From positions 1 through 35,388 of the forward strand of contig CAZHLB010000001.1 in the NCBI GenBank assembly GCA_964533005.1: DNA of 35,388 nucleotides. Reading direction: 5' to 3'. The stretch's first letter is position 1. Each line of letters opens with the position of its first letter. Below are positions 1-8,662 of the stretch, piece by piece. The translations under genes were made by a program, and so were the position numbers. Origin of the DNA: an uncultured Saprospiraceae bacterium (GTDB taxonomy: Bacteria; Bacteroidota; Bacteroidia; Chitinophagales; Saprospiraceae). The notes below the pieces were generated by a model. The model was not told where the DNA came from and did no database searches. It saw only the letters and a program-made list of their open reading frames with translations.

Positions 1-89
1 CCATCCGCCATTCCATCAACAATCATGTAATCATGTAATCATCAATCATTTAATCCTCGTGGTGCGCCCCAAACTCACGTTTTTAGAAC

Positions 90-97
90 TAAATTTG
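90..97 (+). promoter_or_regulatory. Candidate Bacteroidota -7 promoter box (TAAATTTG) for P1
   Basis: TAAATTTG fits the TAnnTTTG -7 consensus of Bacteroidota sigma-A promoters and ends 29 nt before the ATG at 127. A similar box and a similar leader (tctaaatttcaaa) precede P8. I found no clear -33 element. Confidence 0.35.
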
Positions 98-126
98 AAA
101 ATCCGTTCATTTCTAAATTTCAAACC

Positions 127-2265
127 ATGAAATCAATCTACCTCCTTCCGTTGCTGGCTTGCCTTTTTGCAAGCGCCCTTTTTTCCCAATCCAACATCAA
201 TCAAAGCCTCAGCGTGAACAGCACCGGCGCAGCCGCCAATGCCAGTGCCCAACTCGACGTCAGCGCAACCGACAAAGGAATGCTCGTGCCTCGCATGACC
301 TCGGCGCAGCGCACGGGCATTGCCTCGCCCGCCACCGGCTTGCTCGTTTTCGATACGACGACCGGTAGTTTTTGGTTTTACAACGGCACGGCATGGACGA
401 ATCTGGCTGCGCAAAATTCATTGGCAGACAGCGACAACGACACGAAAATCCAGGTGGAAGAAATCCCTGACGAAGACATTATCCGCTTCGACCTCGGCGG
501 CACGGAAAACATGGTGCTAGTCAAAAACCCAAATGGAGACGCCCGGCTGGAATTACCGAATGTTTCCGCCAACACATTTGTCGGTTTTACGGCAGGCTTT
601 TCTAATGCAGGCGGCATTCAAAACACCGCAAATGGTTACGAGGCGCTTTATTCCAATACCCTGGGTTTTTACAACACGGCTTCCGGCGTGGGTGCGCTTT
701 TTTCCAATTCAATTGGCAATAGCAACAACGCCTACGGCAGATACGCCCTCTTCTCCAATACGACCGGCTCAAACAACGTGGCTGACGGCGTGGAGGCGCT
801 TTTTACCAACAACACCGGCAATTCCAACGTGGCAATCGGCGGTTTTGCCTTGCAAAAAAACACCGACCGTTCCAACCTCGTCGCCGTCGGTGATTCGGCG
901 CTGTACAACAATGGGATGGGGGTTACCCTTCCCATTGACGCAACAGGAAACACAGCGCTTGGCTCGAAAGCCTTGTTTGCCAACACGATAGGTTTTAACA
1001 ACACGGCGAGTGGGAACGCAGCTTTGTTTTCCAACACGATAGGCTATGACAATACGGCAATCGGTCACTCTGCTTTGTTCGGCAATACGACGGGCTTTGG
1101 CAATACGGCGACAGGACGCCAGGCGCTGTTTTCCAATACGGATGGTACTTCCAACACGGCAACAGGTTCAAGAGCCTTGCAAAACAACACAACGGGGCAA
1201 TCCAACACGGCGACCGGCGCTTCTGCTTTGCAATCCAACACGACGGGTCTTTACAATACGGCGGTGGGCGTCGGTGCTTTATTTGCCAATACGTCCGGCA
1301 GGTTCAACACCGCCCAGGGAAGGGATGCGCTCTCGTTAAACACGACAGGCGAGTACAACACAGCGTCCGGCTTCGAAGCATTATATGCCAACACGACCGG
1401 CAATTTGAATACAGCAATGGGGGTTAGTGCCCTTCGTTTCAACACAACCGGCGACCAAAACACCGCTACCGGTCGTGAGGCGCTTTATTCCAACTTCAGC
1501 GGCTTCAACAACTCGGCGCATGGAGAAGCTGCGCTTCGTGCCAATACCTCCGGCAGTCATAATACCGCCGCTGGCACGGCAGCGATGAGATTAAACTCGA
1601 CAGGGGTGAGCAACACCGGCGTCGGGTCGGGTGCGCTAAACGACAATACCACTGGTCATTTCAATACCGCCCTTGGTGCGGCTTCCTTTTTCACCTTGAG
1701 CAATCTTAGCAATACGGTTTGTATCGGTTACCTGTCAGGCGGCATCAGCAACGTCAGCAACCGGATGGAAATCGGAAATAACAGTGTCAGTTTTATTGGC
1801 GGGCAGGTGAGCTGGTCAACTTACAGCGACGCCCGCATCAAGACTCAGGTGCAGGAAAACGTGCCCGGCTTGGATTTCATCACCCGGCTGCGCCCGGTGA
1901 CTTATCACCTGGATATTCATAAGCAAAACGAAATGTGCTTCCTGGGAAAGAAAGACTTGGGCGAGTGGGATGGTAAATATGATATCGAGCAAAAGCAATT
2001 CACCGGCTTCATTGCACAGGAAGTGGAGCAGGCGGCGAAGGCGGTGGGCTACGATTTCAGCGGCGTGGAAAAGGCTGCCGACGAGGTGGGAATGTACAGC
2101 GTTCGCTATTCGGATTTTGTCATGCCGCTGGTGAAGGCAGTGCAGGAACAACAAATAGAAATTGAGCAATTGAAAACGGAAAATGAGCGGTTGAAAAAAA
2201 TAGAAGCACAACTCGACAAAATCACTGCCGCACTGCATAGCGAAGGCTTCACCGTAGAAAAATGA
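127..2265 (+). CDS. P1: secreted fibre-like repeat protein with a C-terminal S74-type (tail-fibre/endosialidase) intramolecular chaperone domain
   Basis: 712-aa ORF with signal peptide MKSIYLLPLLACLFASALFSQ. It has the conserved N-domain SVNSTGAAANASAQLDVSATDKGMLVPRMTSAQRTGIASPATGLLVFDTTTGSFWFYNG and the DNDTKIQVEE..DEDIIRFDLGG segment. About nt 571-1717 encode ~17-residue NTAxGxxALxSNTxGxx repeats. The C-terminal module reads GGQVSWSTYSDARIKTQVQENVPGLDFITRLRPVTYHLD..FTGFIAQEVEQAAK..YSVRYSDFVMPLVKAVQEQQ, followed by a coiled coil ending KITAALHSEGFTVEK. Confidence 0.85.
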   Translation: MKSIYLLPLLACLFASALFSQSNINQSLSVNSTGAAANASAQLDVSATDKGMLVPRMTSAQRTGIASPATGLLVFDTTTGSFWFYNGTAWTNLAAQNSLADSDNDTKIQVEEIPDEDIIRFDLGGTENMVLVKNPNGDARLELPNVSANTFVGFTAGFSNAGGIQNTANGYEALYSNTLGFYNTASGVGALFSNSIGNSNNAYGRYALFSNTTGSNNVADGVEALFTNNTGNSNVAIGGFALQKNTDRSNLVAVGDSALYNNGMGVTLPIDATGNTALGSKALFANTIGFNNTASGNAALFSNTIGYDNTAIGHSALFGNTTGFGNTATGRQALFSNTDGTSNTATGSRALQNNTTGQSNTATGASALQSNTTGLYNTAVGVGALFANTSGRFNTAQGRDALSLNTTGEYNTASGFEALYANTTGNLNTAMGVSALRFNTTGDQNTATGREALYSNFSGFNNSAHGEAALRANTSGSHNTAAGTAAMRLNSTGVSNTGVGSGALNDNTTGHFNTALGAASFFTLSNLSNTVCIGYLSGGISNVSNRMEIGNNSVSFIGGQVSWSTYSDARIKTQVQENVPGLDFITRLRPVTYHLDIHKQNEMCFLGKKDLGEWDGKYDIEQKQFTGFIAQEVEQAAKAVGYDFSGVEKAADEVGMYSVRYSDFVMPLVKAVQEQQIEIEQLKTENERLKKIEAQLDKITAALHSEGFTVEK

Positions 2266-2324
2266 CCAATTAGCAAGCCATTCCCCGCCGTACCATCCAG
2301 AAAGCTCATCTTATCTTCGCCCCG

Positions 2325-5300
2325 ATGAAACATGACCAAGAACTATTGCCTTGCTTTGTGCATGGGCTGTTTTTGTCCAAAAGTCTTTTAATTGTTCTTC
2401 TCCTACTGGCGTCAGGCGTCGCTCTTTTTTCCCAACCCAACCCGCATTCCATTCAATTCGAGCGCATCGGCGGCAGGCAAAGCATGTCGCAACGCATGGT
2501 GCAGGCGCTCTTGCGTGTACGGTTTTTGCAATCAAAGCTGCTTCCAACCATCCGCTTTTTCCTGCTCGCCCTGCTCCCGTTTTCTTCCGCATTCGCTCAA
2601 ACTGCGCTCCCTTCCGCCCGCCTGTTCAACGCCCGCGACGGCCTTCCCGATAACAAAGTAGCCCAATTGCTCGAAACCCAAAAAAGCCCCTTCCGTTGGG
2701 CAATCACCACGAACGAGCTCTGTCGTTTTGATGGCTACCGTTTCCAGACGGTTTGGGAAAAACTGCCCGAAATCAGCGGCTTTGCCGAAAACTCGCGGGG
2801 CGAAATCGTCATCTGGCATTACCCCGGCGAGCAGGCGCTGTCTGTTTTCGACCCAAATTCCGGGGCAAAAACGACCCGAAAAACTGCCGAAATCCCCAAC
2901 CTGAAAGGGCGGCTCGTCAACGCCTGGGCGCAGGACACCATGATTTTTCTCTGCCTCGAAACTGCGCCTGACGAGGTGTTCGAGGTCTGGCGATTTTTCC
3001 CCAATTTCAGCACGCAACTGCTTTATCGCCTTCGCACCGACCCGGCAATGCTTCGCCGCCTGCCCAACCCTCGCCCCAAACCGGCAGGGCATTTCGACCA
3101 GAAAACCGGGCGGCTTTGGTTCTCCGCAAACATGTTCGGCAAAAGCAACCAAATCCTGCGCGTAGACCTCAAAACCGCTCGTTGCGACACCCTTTTGCTC
3201 CTTGACCAAACTCTGCCCAGCAGCACCAATGTCCAGATGAGCGCCGCCCCGGAGATGCCTTTGCGCGTTTTTCTCGGTTCCTCCGGCACGGTTTGCACCT
3301 GGAATGAAACGCGGCAGACCTTTGAAAAAGACACACGTTACCCTGGTGCGCAACCCGGACTGGTTTCGATTGGCGAGGACAAAAAAGGCGCGGTCATTTT
3401 CCTGAAAAGCGACCAGGGCATTGTCAATTTTTGGCTGCGCCGCCCCGATGGCTCGTGGCTCGACTTGCAGCCGCTTTTGCCCAAACTGAATTTCAAAAGC
3501 TGCACGGGAAGCGATTTTTCAAGGCAAATCCACCTCGCCACTTCCGAGGGCGTCCTGCGCGTCAATTTTGAAAAGCCGCTTTTTCAACAGTTCATCCCCC
3601 AAAAAACGGCGCAAATGGAATTCCTGAACCCCGCCTTTCGGGGCATCGTCGCAGACCGGGCGGGCAACGTCTGGCTGGCGAGCGAAATGACAGGACTGTT
3701 TCGGATGCGCCCCGATGGCTCGGTGGAACGCACGGTACAGGTCGAAAAAAACGCCGGGGCGGCAGTCGGAACAGACAACGCCGTCAACCTGCAAACCGAC
3801 GCGGCAGGCAACATTTGGTCGGCGCGGAACAGCAGCACGGGCGCTCCCAATCTCTTTCGTTTTGACCCAAAAACCGGGCTTGCCGACCCGTTTTTTCTCG
3901 AAAAACACGCCATCCCGACTTTTTTAGTGTTGAAAAACGGGCAGGTTCTGCTCGCTGCCAGCGACGGAAAAACCGCCAAAATCATCCTGCTTGACCCCGA
4001 AGCCCGCCGTTTTCAAACCCTGGCGAAGGCGGGCGAAAGCGAAAAACTCAAAACGGCGCCCCTATTTTTCCTTGAAAACGAAGCCGGGCAGGTTTGGGTA
4101 GCGGGCAACGAGGGGCTGGCTTTGTTCGACCCCGGCGCCCGGCGGTTCCTCGATTTTCCGGGGGATAGCCCGACGGCGCACGAGTTCCCGATGGCGGTTT
4201 TGTTTTTGGAAAAGGAAAGCCTGTGGTGCGGCACGCTTGGCGGCGGGCTTCGACGGCTCGACGTGAAAACGGGCGCTTGGCAGGTTTTCACCATGCGGAA
4301 CGGTTTGCCCGCCAACAAAATCGCCGGAATTCTGCCCGACGGAAACGGCAACCTTTGGATTTCTACCTGGGACGGGTTGAGTTTTTTTCAGCCGCAAGTC
4401 AGCCTGTTCACCAATTTTTTTACGGCTAATAGCTTGGTGCACAACGAGTTTAACCGTTTTTCTTTTTTCAAAAATTCGGACGGAACCCTGTTCTTCGGTG
4501 GACTGAAAGGCGTCAGTTTTTTCAAACCGGGCGAACTGCTTACCTCCTTTTCGCAGGGCAGCGACTCGCTGCTGATTTCTCAAATCTCGTGGTTCGCTCC
4601 CGACGGCAGGACGAGGCAAGAGCAGATTTTTGGCTTCGACCGGCTCCAAAAAATTACGTTGCCGCCCGGCAACCGATTTTGCAGCATCCGCCTCGCTCTC
4701 GCCAACTACCTGCTGCCCGAAGCCAACCGCTTTTCGTGGAAACTCGAAGGCTACGACGACGACTGGCACCTCAACGGCACGAACAACGAAATCACCTTCC
4801 ACTACCTACCCTCCGGGACGTACCGCCTCATCGTCCGCGCTGCCAACCCGACGGGCGTCTGGGGCAAAAACGAGCGCGTGCTGCAAATCGAGGTGCGCGA
4901 GTTTTGGTATAAAACTGCCTGGTTTTTTGGCTTGCTGGCGGCTGCGACGGGCGGTTTGTTCTACTTTTTTTATCGAAGCCGCGTCCGCCGGAAACTCGAC
5001 CTTGCCGAAAGCCGCCGCATCCATGAGATTGACCACCTGCGCGCCCGGCTCTACACCAACCTGACCCACGAATTTCGCACTCCGCTGACGGTTATTTTGG
5101 GCATGGCGCAGCAAATCCGCAACAGCCCCGCCCAGTTTTTGGAGGAAGGCACTCGCATGATTGAGCGCAACGGCAAAAGCCTCTTGCAACTCATCAACCA
5201 ACTCCTCGACCTCTCCAAACTCGAAAACAATGCCCTCCGCCTGCAATTGGTGCAGCAAGACATCGTGCCGTATCTGCGCTACGTGACCGAAGCATTTCAG

Positions 5301-6686
5301 ACCTACGCCAACAGCAAAAACCTGTCACTGCGCTTTTTCACCACCTTCGAAACGCTGGTCATGGACTTCGACCCGGAGCAAATCAAGCAGGTGTTGACCA
5401 ACCTGATTTCCAATGCGGTGAAATTCACGCCTTCCGGCGGCGAGGTAGCCGTGCGGCTGAACTCCAGTTCAGCCGACTCCGCCGAACTGGAGTTCGGCGG
5501 CACTTTAAACATCGTCGTTTCAGACACTGGCATCGGCATTGCCGAAAAGGACTTGCCGCATATTTTCGACCGTTTTTACCAGGCAGACAGCTCCACCACC
5601 CGTGAGCGGGAAGGCACGGGCATTGGGCTGGCGCACACGCTGGAATTGGTGAAATTGATGGGCGGGAGCGTTTCGGTGGAAAGCGAGTTGGGCAAAGGGA
5701 CGAGCTTCACGGTAAGACTGCCGGTGACAAATCAGGCAGCCCTCCCGACGCCACCCCTGACCCCTAAAGGGGAACCAAATCAGCTACATTCTGCGATAGA
5801 TTTTAATGAAAATACCGCTTCCGACTTTAGCGATTTTGGTTCCCCTTTAGGGGTCAGGGGTGGCGTCGTGGGTGGCATTGAAAAACCCCTTGTCCTCCTC
5901 ATCGAAGACAACGCCGACGTGGTAAATTACCTGCAAACCTGCCTCGCCCCAACCTACCAAACCCAAGTCGCCCGCAACGGTAAAATCGGCGTCGAGCTTG
6001 CCCTCGAGCACATTCCCGACCTCATCATCACCGACGTAATGATGCCCGAAAAAGACGGCTACCAAGTCTGCGACCTGTTGAAAAATGACGAGCGCACCAG
6101 CCATATCCCCATCCTGATTTTGACGGCAAAAGCCGACGCCGCCTCTCGCATGACAGGGCTGCGGCGAGGGGCTGACGCATATTTGGCGAAGCCTTTCGAC
6201 GTGGAAGAAATGCTCGTTCAACTGGAAAGACTGCTGGCAAACCAACAGCGGATTGCGGCTCATTTTTCCAAAATAATGCAAATCGGGGAGGCTGCCCAAC
6301 CGCAAATTTCCGCCGGTGAAATACAGGCAAGCGGGCTGCCAGGGCAGGCTTTGCAGGAAGCCGTGCAGGTGGAAGACGCCTTTTTGCAAAAAGTCAAAAG
6401 CATCGTCGAAGCCAATTATTCCAAAGAAGACTTTGCGCTGCCGCAACTCTGCCGCAGCCTCGGCATGAGCCGCTCGCAGTTGTTCCGAAAAATGAAGGCG
6501 GTGGCAGACACTTCGCCCGCAGACCTCATCCGCTCGCACCGGCTGCACAAAGCCAAATCGCTGCTCGAAAACTCCTCCCTGACCGTCTCCGAAGTCGCTT
6601 GGCAGGTAGGCTTCAAAGACCTCTCGCATTTTTCGAGGGCTTACCAGGAAGCCTTCGGAACGACGCCGAGCGGGACTCGCAAATAA
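2325..6686 (+). CDS. Hybrid two-component sensor histidine kinase / response regulator with AraC-type HTH (HTCS-like)
   Basis: 1453-aa ORF. Periplasmic propeller-type repeats are present (GNVWLASEMTGLF, GQVWVAGNEGLALFD, GNLWISTWDGLSFF). A Y_Y_Y-like segment follows (FSWKLEGYDDDWH..GTYRLIVRAANPTGVWG), then a TM helix (WFFGLLAAATGGLFYFFY). The kinase has an H-box (LTHEFRTPLTVILG) and HATPase G-boxes (DTGIGI, GTGIGLA). A receiver (LLIEDNADV..ITDVMMPEKDG..ILILTAK) and an AraC HTH (..SHFSRAYQEAFGTTPS) complete it. The start is uncertain: ATGs at 2484 and 2496 precede the second hydrophobic segment. Confidence 0.9.
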   Translation: MKHDQELLPCFVHGLFLSKSLLIVLLLLASGVALFSQPNPHSIQFERIGGRQSMSQRMVQALLRVRFLQSKLLPTIRFFLLALLPFSSAFAQTALPSARLFNARDGLPDNKVAQLLETQKSPFRWAITTNELCRFDGYRFQTVWEKLPEISGFAENSRGEIVIWHYPGEQALSVFDPNSGAKTTRKTAEIPNLKGRLVNAWAQDTMIFLCLETAPDEVFEVWRFFPNFSTQLLYRLRTDPAMLRRLPNPRPKPAGHFDQKTGRLWFSANMFGKSNQILRVDLKTARCDTLLLLDQTLPSSTNVQMSAAPEMPLRVFLGSSGTVCTWNETRQTFEKDTRYPGAQPGLVSIGEDKKGAVIFLKSDQGIVNFWLRRPDGSWLDLQPLLPKLNFKSCTGSDFSRQIHLATSEGVLRVNFEKPLFQQFIPQKTAQMEFLNPAFRGIVADRAGNVWLASEMTGLFRMRPDGSVERTVQVEKNAGAAVGTDNAVNLQTDAAGNIWSARNSSTGAPNLFRFDPKTGLADPFFLEKHAIPTFLVLKNGQVLLAASDGKTAKIILLDPEARRFQTLAKAGESEKLKTAPLFFLENEAGQVWVAGNEGLALFDPGARRFLDFPGDSPTAHEFPMAVLFLEKESLWCGTLGGGLRRLDVKTGAWQVFTMRNGLPANKIAGILPDGNGNLWISTWDGLSFFQPQVSLFTNFFTANSLVHNEFNRFSFFKNSDGTLFFGGLKGVSFFKPGELLTSFSQGSDSLLISQISWFAPDGRTRQEQIFGFDRLQKITLPPGNRFCSIRLALANYLLPEANRFSWKLEGYDDDWHLNGTNNEITFHYLPSGTYRLIVRAANPTGVWGKNERVLQIEVREFWYKTAWFFGLLAAATGGLFYFFYRSRVRRKLDLAESRRIHEIDHLRARLYTNLTHEFRTPLTVILGMAQQIRNSPAQFLEEGTRMIERNGKSLLQLINQLLDLSKLENNALRLQLVQQDIVPYLRYVTEAFQTYANSKNLSLRFFTTFETLVMDFDPEQIKQVLTNLISNAVKFTPSGGEVAVRLNSSSADSAELEFGGTLNIVVSDTGIGIAEKDLPHIFDRFYQADSSTTREREGTGIGLAHTLELVKLMGGSVSVESELGKGTSFTVRLPVTNQAALPTPPLTPKGEPNQLHSAIDFNENTASDFSDFGSPLGVRGGVVGGIEKPLVLLIEDNADVVNYLQTCLAPTYQTQVARNGKIGVELALEHIPDLIITDVMMPEKDGYQVCDLLKNDERTSHIPILILTAKADAASRMTGLRRGADAYLAKPFDVEEMLVQLERLLANQQRIAAHFSKIMQIGEAAQPQISAGEIQASGLPGQALQEAVQVEDAFLQKVKSIVEANYSKEDFALPQLCRSLGMSRSQLFRKMKAVADTSPADLIRSHRLHKAKSLLENSSLTVSEVAWQVGFKDLSHFSRAYQEAFGTTPSGTRK
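5744..5872. repeat. 129-nt palindromic (MITE/REP-like) element in frame within the HTCS linker
   Basis: The left arm (5744-5781, cccgacgccacccctgacccctaaaggggaaccaaatc) is the reverse complement of the right arm (5832-5872) apart from two 1-nt indels. The spacer is 50 nt. The total of 129 nt equals 43 codons with no stop, and it lies between the HATPase and receiver domains. Confidence 0.8.
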
Positions 6687-6911
6687 TTCTCTTTCAACAA
6701 GTTGGGCAATCCCCCGCTTCGTGCCATGCAACGAATCGGCAAATCTTTTTTGCCGCTTTGGGACGCAATGCACAATCGTTGGGACGATGCGGCAAGGCGT
6801 CTGGCGGGTGCTGACTGCACCTTTGTTTCGTAAAGCATTTATCTCTGTAACCCTCAAAAACCAAACCCCAAAAGCCAAATGAAAACAATCACATCTCTTC
6901 AATCTATCAAC

Positions 6912-7544
6912 ATGAAAAGCAGATTTCAAATCCTCCTCATCTCCCTGTTCGCAATGCTTGCTTTCGCAAGCTGCCAGCAGCCAACCCAGTCTTCCGCACC
7001 CGAAGCCGCCGACGCCGCCGTGCCGGAAGCCACCCAACCTGCCGCCTCGGAAACTGCCGCCATGCCCGACGTCCCGAACATCCTCAAAGTCTCGGCAAAT
7101 GAAAAATTGGTCTTCACGGCGAAGGCAAAAGGCGTCCAGATTTATGAATGCAAAAAGACGGACAAAGGCAATTTAGAGTGGGTTTTCAAAGCTCCCGAAG
7201 CCACTTTGATGGACGAGTCGGGCGCTAAAATCGGAACCCACTACAAAAACACCGACCCGGCGGCGACGGGCCCCGCTTGGGAATTGCCGGACGGCAGCAA
7301 AGTGGTCGGCAGCAAATTGCAGGAATTGCCCTCCCCGGCAGCCGATGCCATTCCCTGGCTCCTGCTCGAAGTCAAATGGAACAAAGGAGCGGGCGCTTTC
7401 GCCAATGTCACCAAAATTCAGCGGGTGGAAACGGCGGGCGGCAAAGCCCCGGCGGGCGGCTGCGATGAAAAATCCATAGGCACGGAAATGCGGGTGGATT
7501 ACACGGCGACTTATTATTTCTATGCCATTAATGCGAGTAAGTAG
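6912..7544 (+). CDS. DUF3455-like secreted/lipoprotein
   Basis: The ORF opens at 6879, but the ATG at 6912 gives the signal peptide MKSRFQILLISLFAMLAFASC. The body (GVQIYECK..WVFKAPEATL.DESG..IGTHY..GPAWELPDGSKVVG..IPWLLLEV..RVETAGGKAP..C..VDYTATYYFY) matches my recollection of the DUF3455 family pattern. Confidence 0.7.
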   Translation: MKSRFQILLISLFAMLAFASCQQPTQSSAPEAADAAVPEATQPAASETAAMPDVPNILKVSANEKLVFTAKAKGVQIYECKKTDKGNLEWVFKAPEATLMDESGAKIGTHYKNTDPAATGPAWELPDGSKVVGSKLQELPSPAADAIPWLLLEVKWNKGAGAFANVTKIQRVETAGGKAPAGGCDEKSIGTEMRVDYTATYYFYAINASK

Positions 7545-7566
7545 TCAGTAAATTAAACGCCGCATA

Positions 7567-7651
7567 TTTTTTAAACACATAGTCACATAGATAACATAGA
7601 ACGCTGATTTTCAAAAAGCTATGTGAACTATGTGACTATGTGTTTAAAAAA
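7567..7651. repeat. Long perfect inverted repeat (24-bp arms), possible terminator or REP-like element
   Basis: ttttttaaacacatagtcacatag (7567-7590) is the exact reverse complement of ctatgtgactatgtgtttaaaaaa (7628-7651). The 37-nt spacer contains further CATAG/CTATG motifs. The repeat starts 23 nt after the stop at 7544. Confidence 0.75.
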
Positions 7652-7738
7652 TAAAGCGTTGATATTTCGCCCATTTCTTCCCATATCTGACACCTGTTAT
7701 TCACGCATACAATCACTTTTCACTTAAATCATTTAGCA

Positions 7739-8641
7739 ATGAAAAACAATCTCCTGCGGCTGCTTGCAGTCGCCCTGTTGCTCCTTTGTTTGGGCGCAAC
7801 CGCCAACATCATGGCTCAAAACACGGGCAACGACCTTGCCTCCGTCGAGCCAATTACCGACCCGCACGACCTGAATTTCGGTGAGCCGGTGCTTTCCACG
7901 GAAACATCGGAGCCGCCTGCGGCAACCTTTTACGCTGTTGTCGAGCGCATGAAAGTGCTGCCCGGCATGTGGGACAAGTACCTCGAAGCGGAGAAGGTCT
8001 GGAAGAAAATCCATCAGCAGAGCAAAGCCAAAGGCGAAATCATGGACTGGTTCCTGTTTCAATGCCTCTACCCCGGCGGCACGGATGCGCCCTACGAGTT
8101 CATCACCGTCACCTACTACAAGAGTGGCAAGGAACTCGGCGCCCCTTTTGTTTGGGCCGAGAAGACCAAAGGGCTGACCCCGGCGGAAGTAGAAATCGCC
8201 GACGGCGCAGAGAAGACCCGCAACCTGATTGACCGCCACCTCTATTCCTTCTTCAATGGCTGCGACCAGGCGACCTGCAAGCCCGGCAAATACCTCCAGC
8301 TTTTTGCAAACAAAGCGAAGCCCGGCAAGACCTCCGGCTACGAAAAATTCCTCGAAGACGGCACAGCCATGCGCCTGGAAGCCATCAAATCCGGCAAAAT
8401 ACAAGGCTGGTCAATCTGGAAACGAGTCTATCCCGGCTCGCCGGATTTGGAAACACACACGGCGGTTTATGCTTACGAAAGCCTCGACGCTTTGCTCAAA
8501 AACTCAGCGCCGGTGGACTTTTCCGCTGAAATGAAGAAGGTGAAGCCGGGGCAGACCTGGGAGGATTTTATGAAGCAGATGAATGAGTTGCGGGATTTCG
8601 CAGGCTCTGAAATGTGGGAGCAGGTGGATAGTACGCAGTGA
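7739..8641 (+). CDS. Secreted hypothetical protein with an internal two-fold repeat
   Basis: 300-aa ORF with signal peptide MKNNLLRLLAVALLLLCLGATANIMAQ. Two halves share the pattern PG...Y......G.I..W......YPG. I recognise no family. Confidence 0.7.
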   Translation: MKNNLLRLLAVALLLLCLGATANIMAQNTGNDLASVEPITDPHDLNFGEPVLSTETSEPPAATFYAVVERMKVLPGMWDKYLEAEKVWKKIHQQSKAKGEIMDWFLFQCLYPGGTDAPYEFITVTYYKSGKELGAPFVWAEKTKGLTPAEVEIADGAEKTRNLIDRHLYSFFNGCDQATCKPGKYLQLFANKAKPGKTSGYEKFLEDGTAMRLEAIKSGKIQGWSIWKRVYPGSPDLETHTAVYAYESLDALLKNSAPVDFSAEMKKVKPGQTWEDFMKQMNELRDFAGSEMWEQVDSTQ

Positions 8642-8662
8642 TTTTTTTAAGTAGTCAGGCTG

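Noticed and set aside
1-126. AATCAT-rich low-complexity stretch (aatcatgtaatcatgtaatcatcaatcatttaatc) at the window start, considered as a possible tandem repeat or RNA gene.
   Set aside because: It is short and imperfect, lies at the window edge and has no stable structure that I can see. I found no tRNA-like or rRNA-like sequence anywhere in the window.
5847-7037. 396-aa minus-strand ORF antisense to the 3' end of the hybrid sensor kinase.
   Set aside because: The + strand frame carries clear receiver and AraC HTH motifs. The antisense product has no recognisable features and spans an intergenic region.
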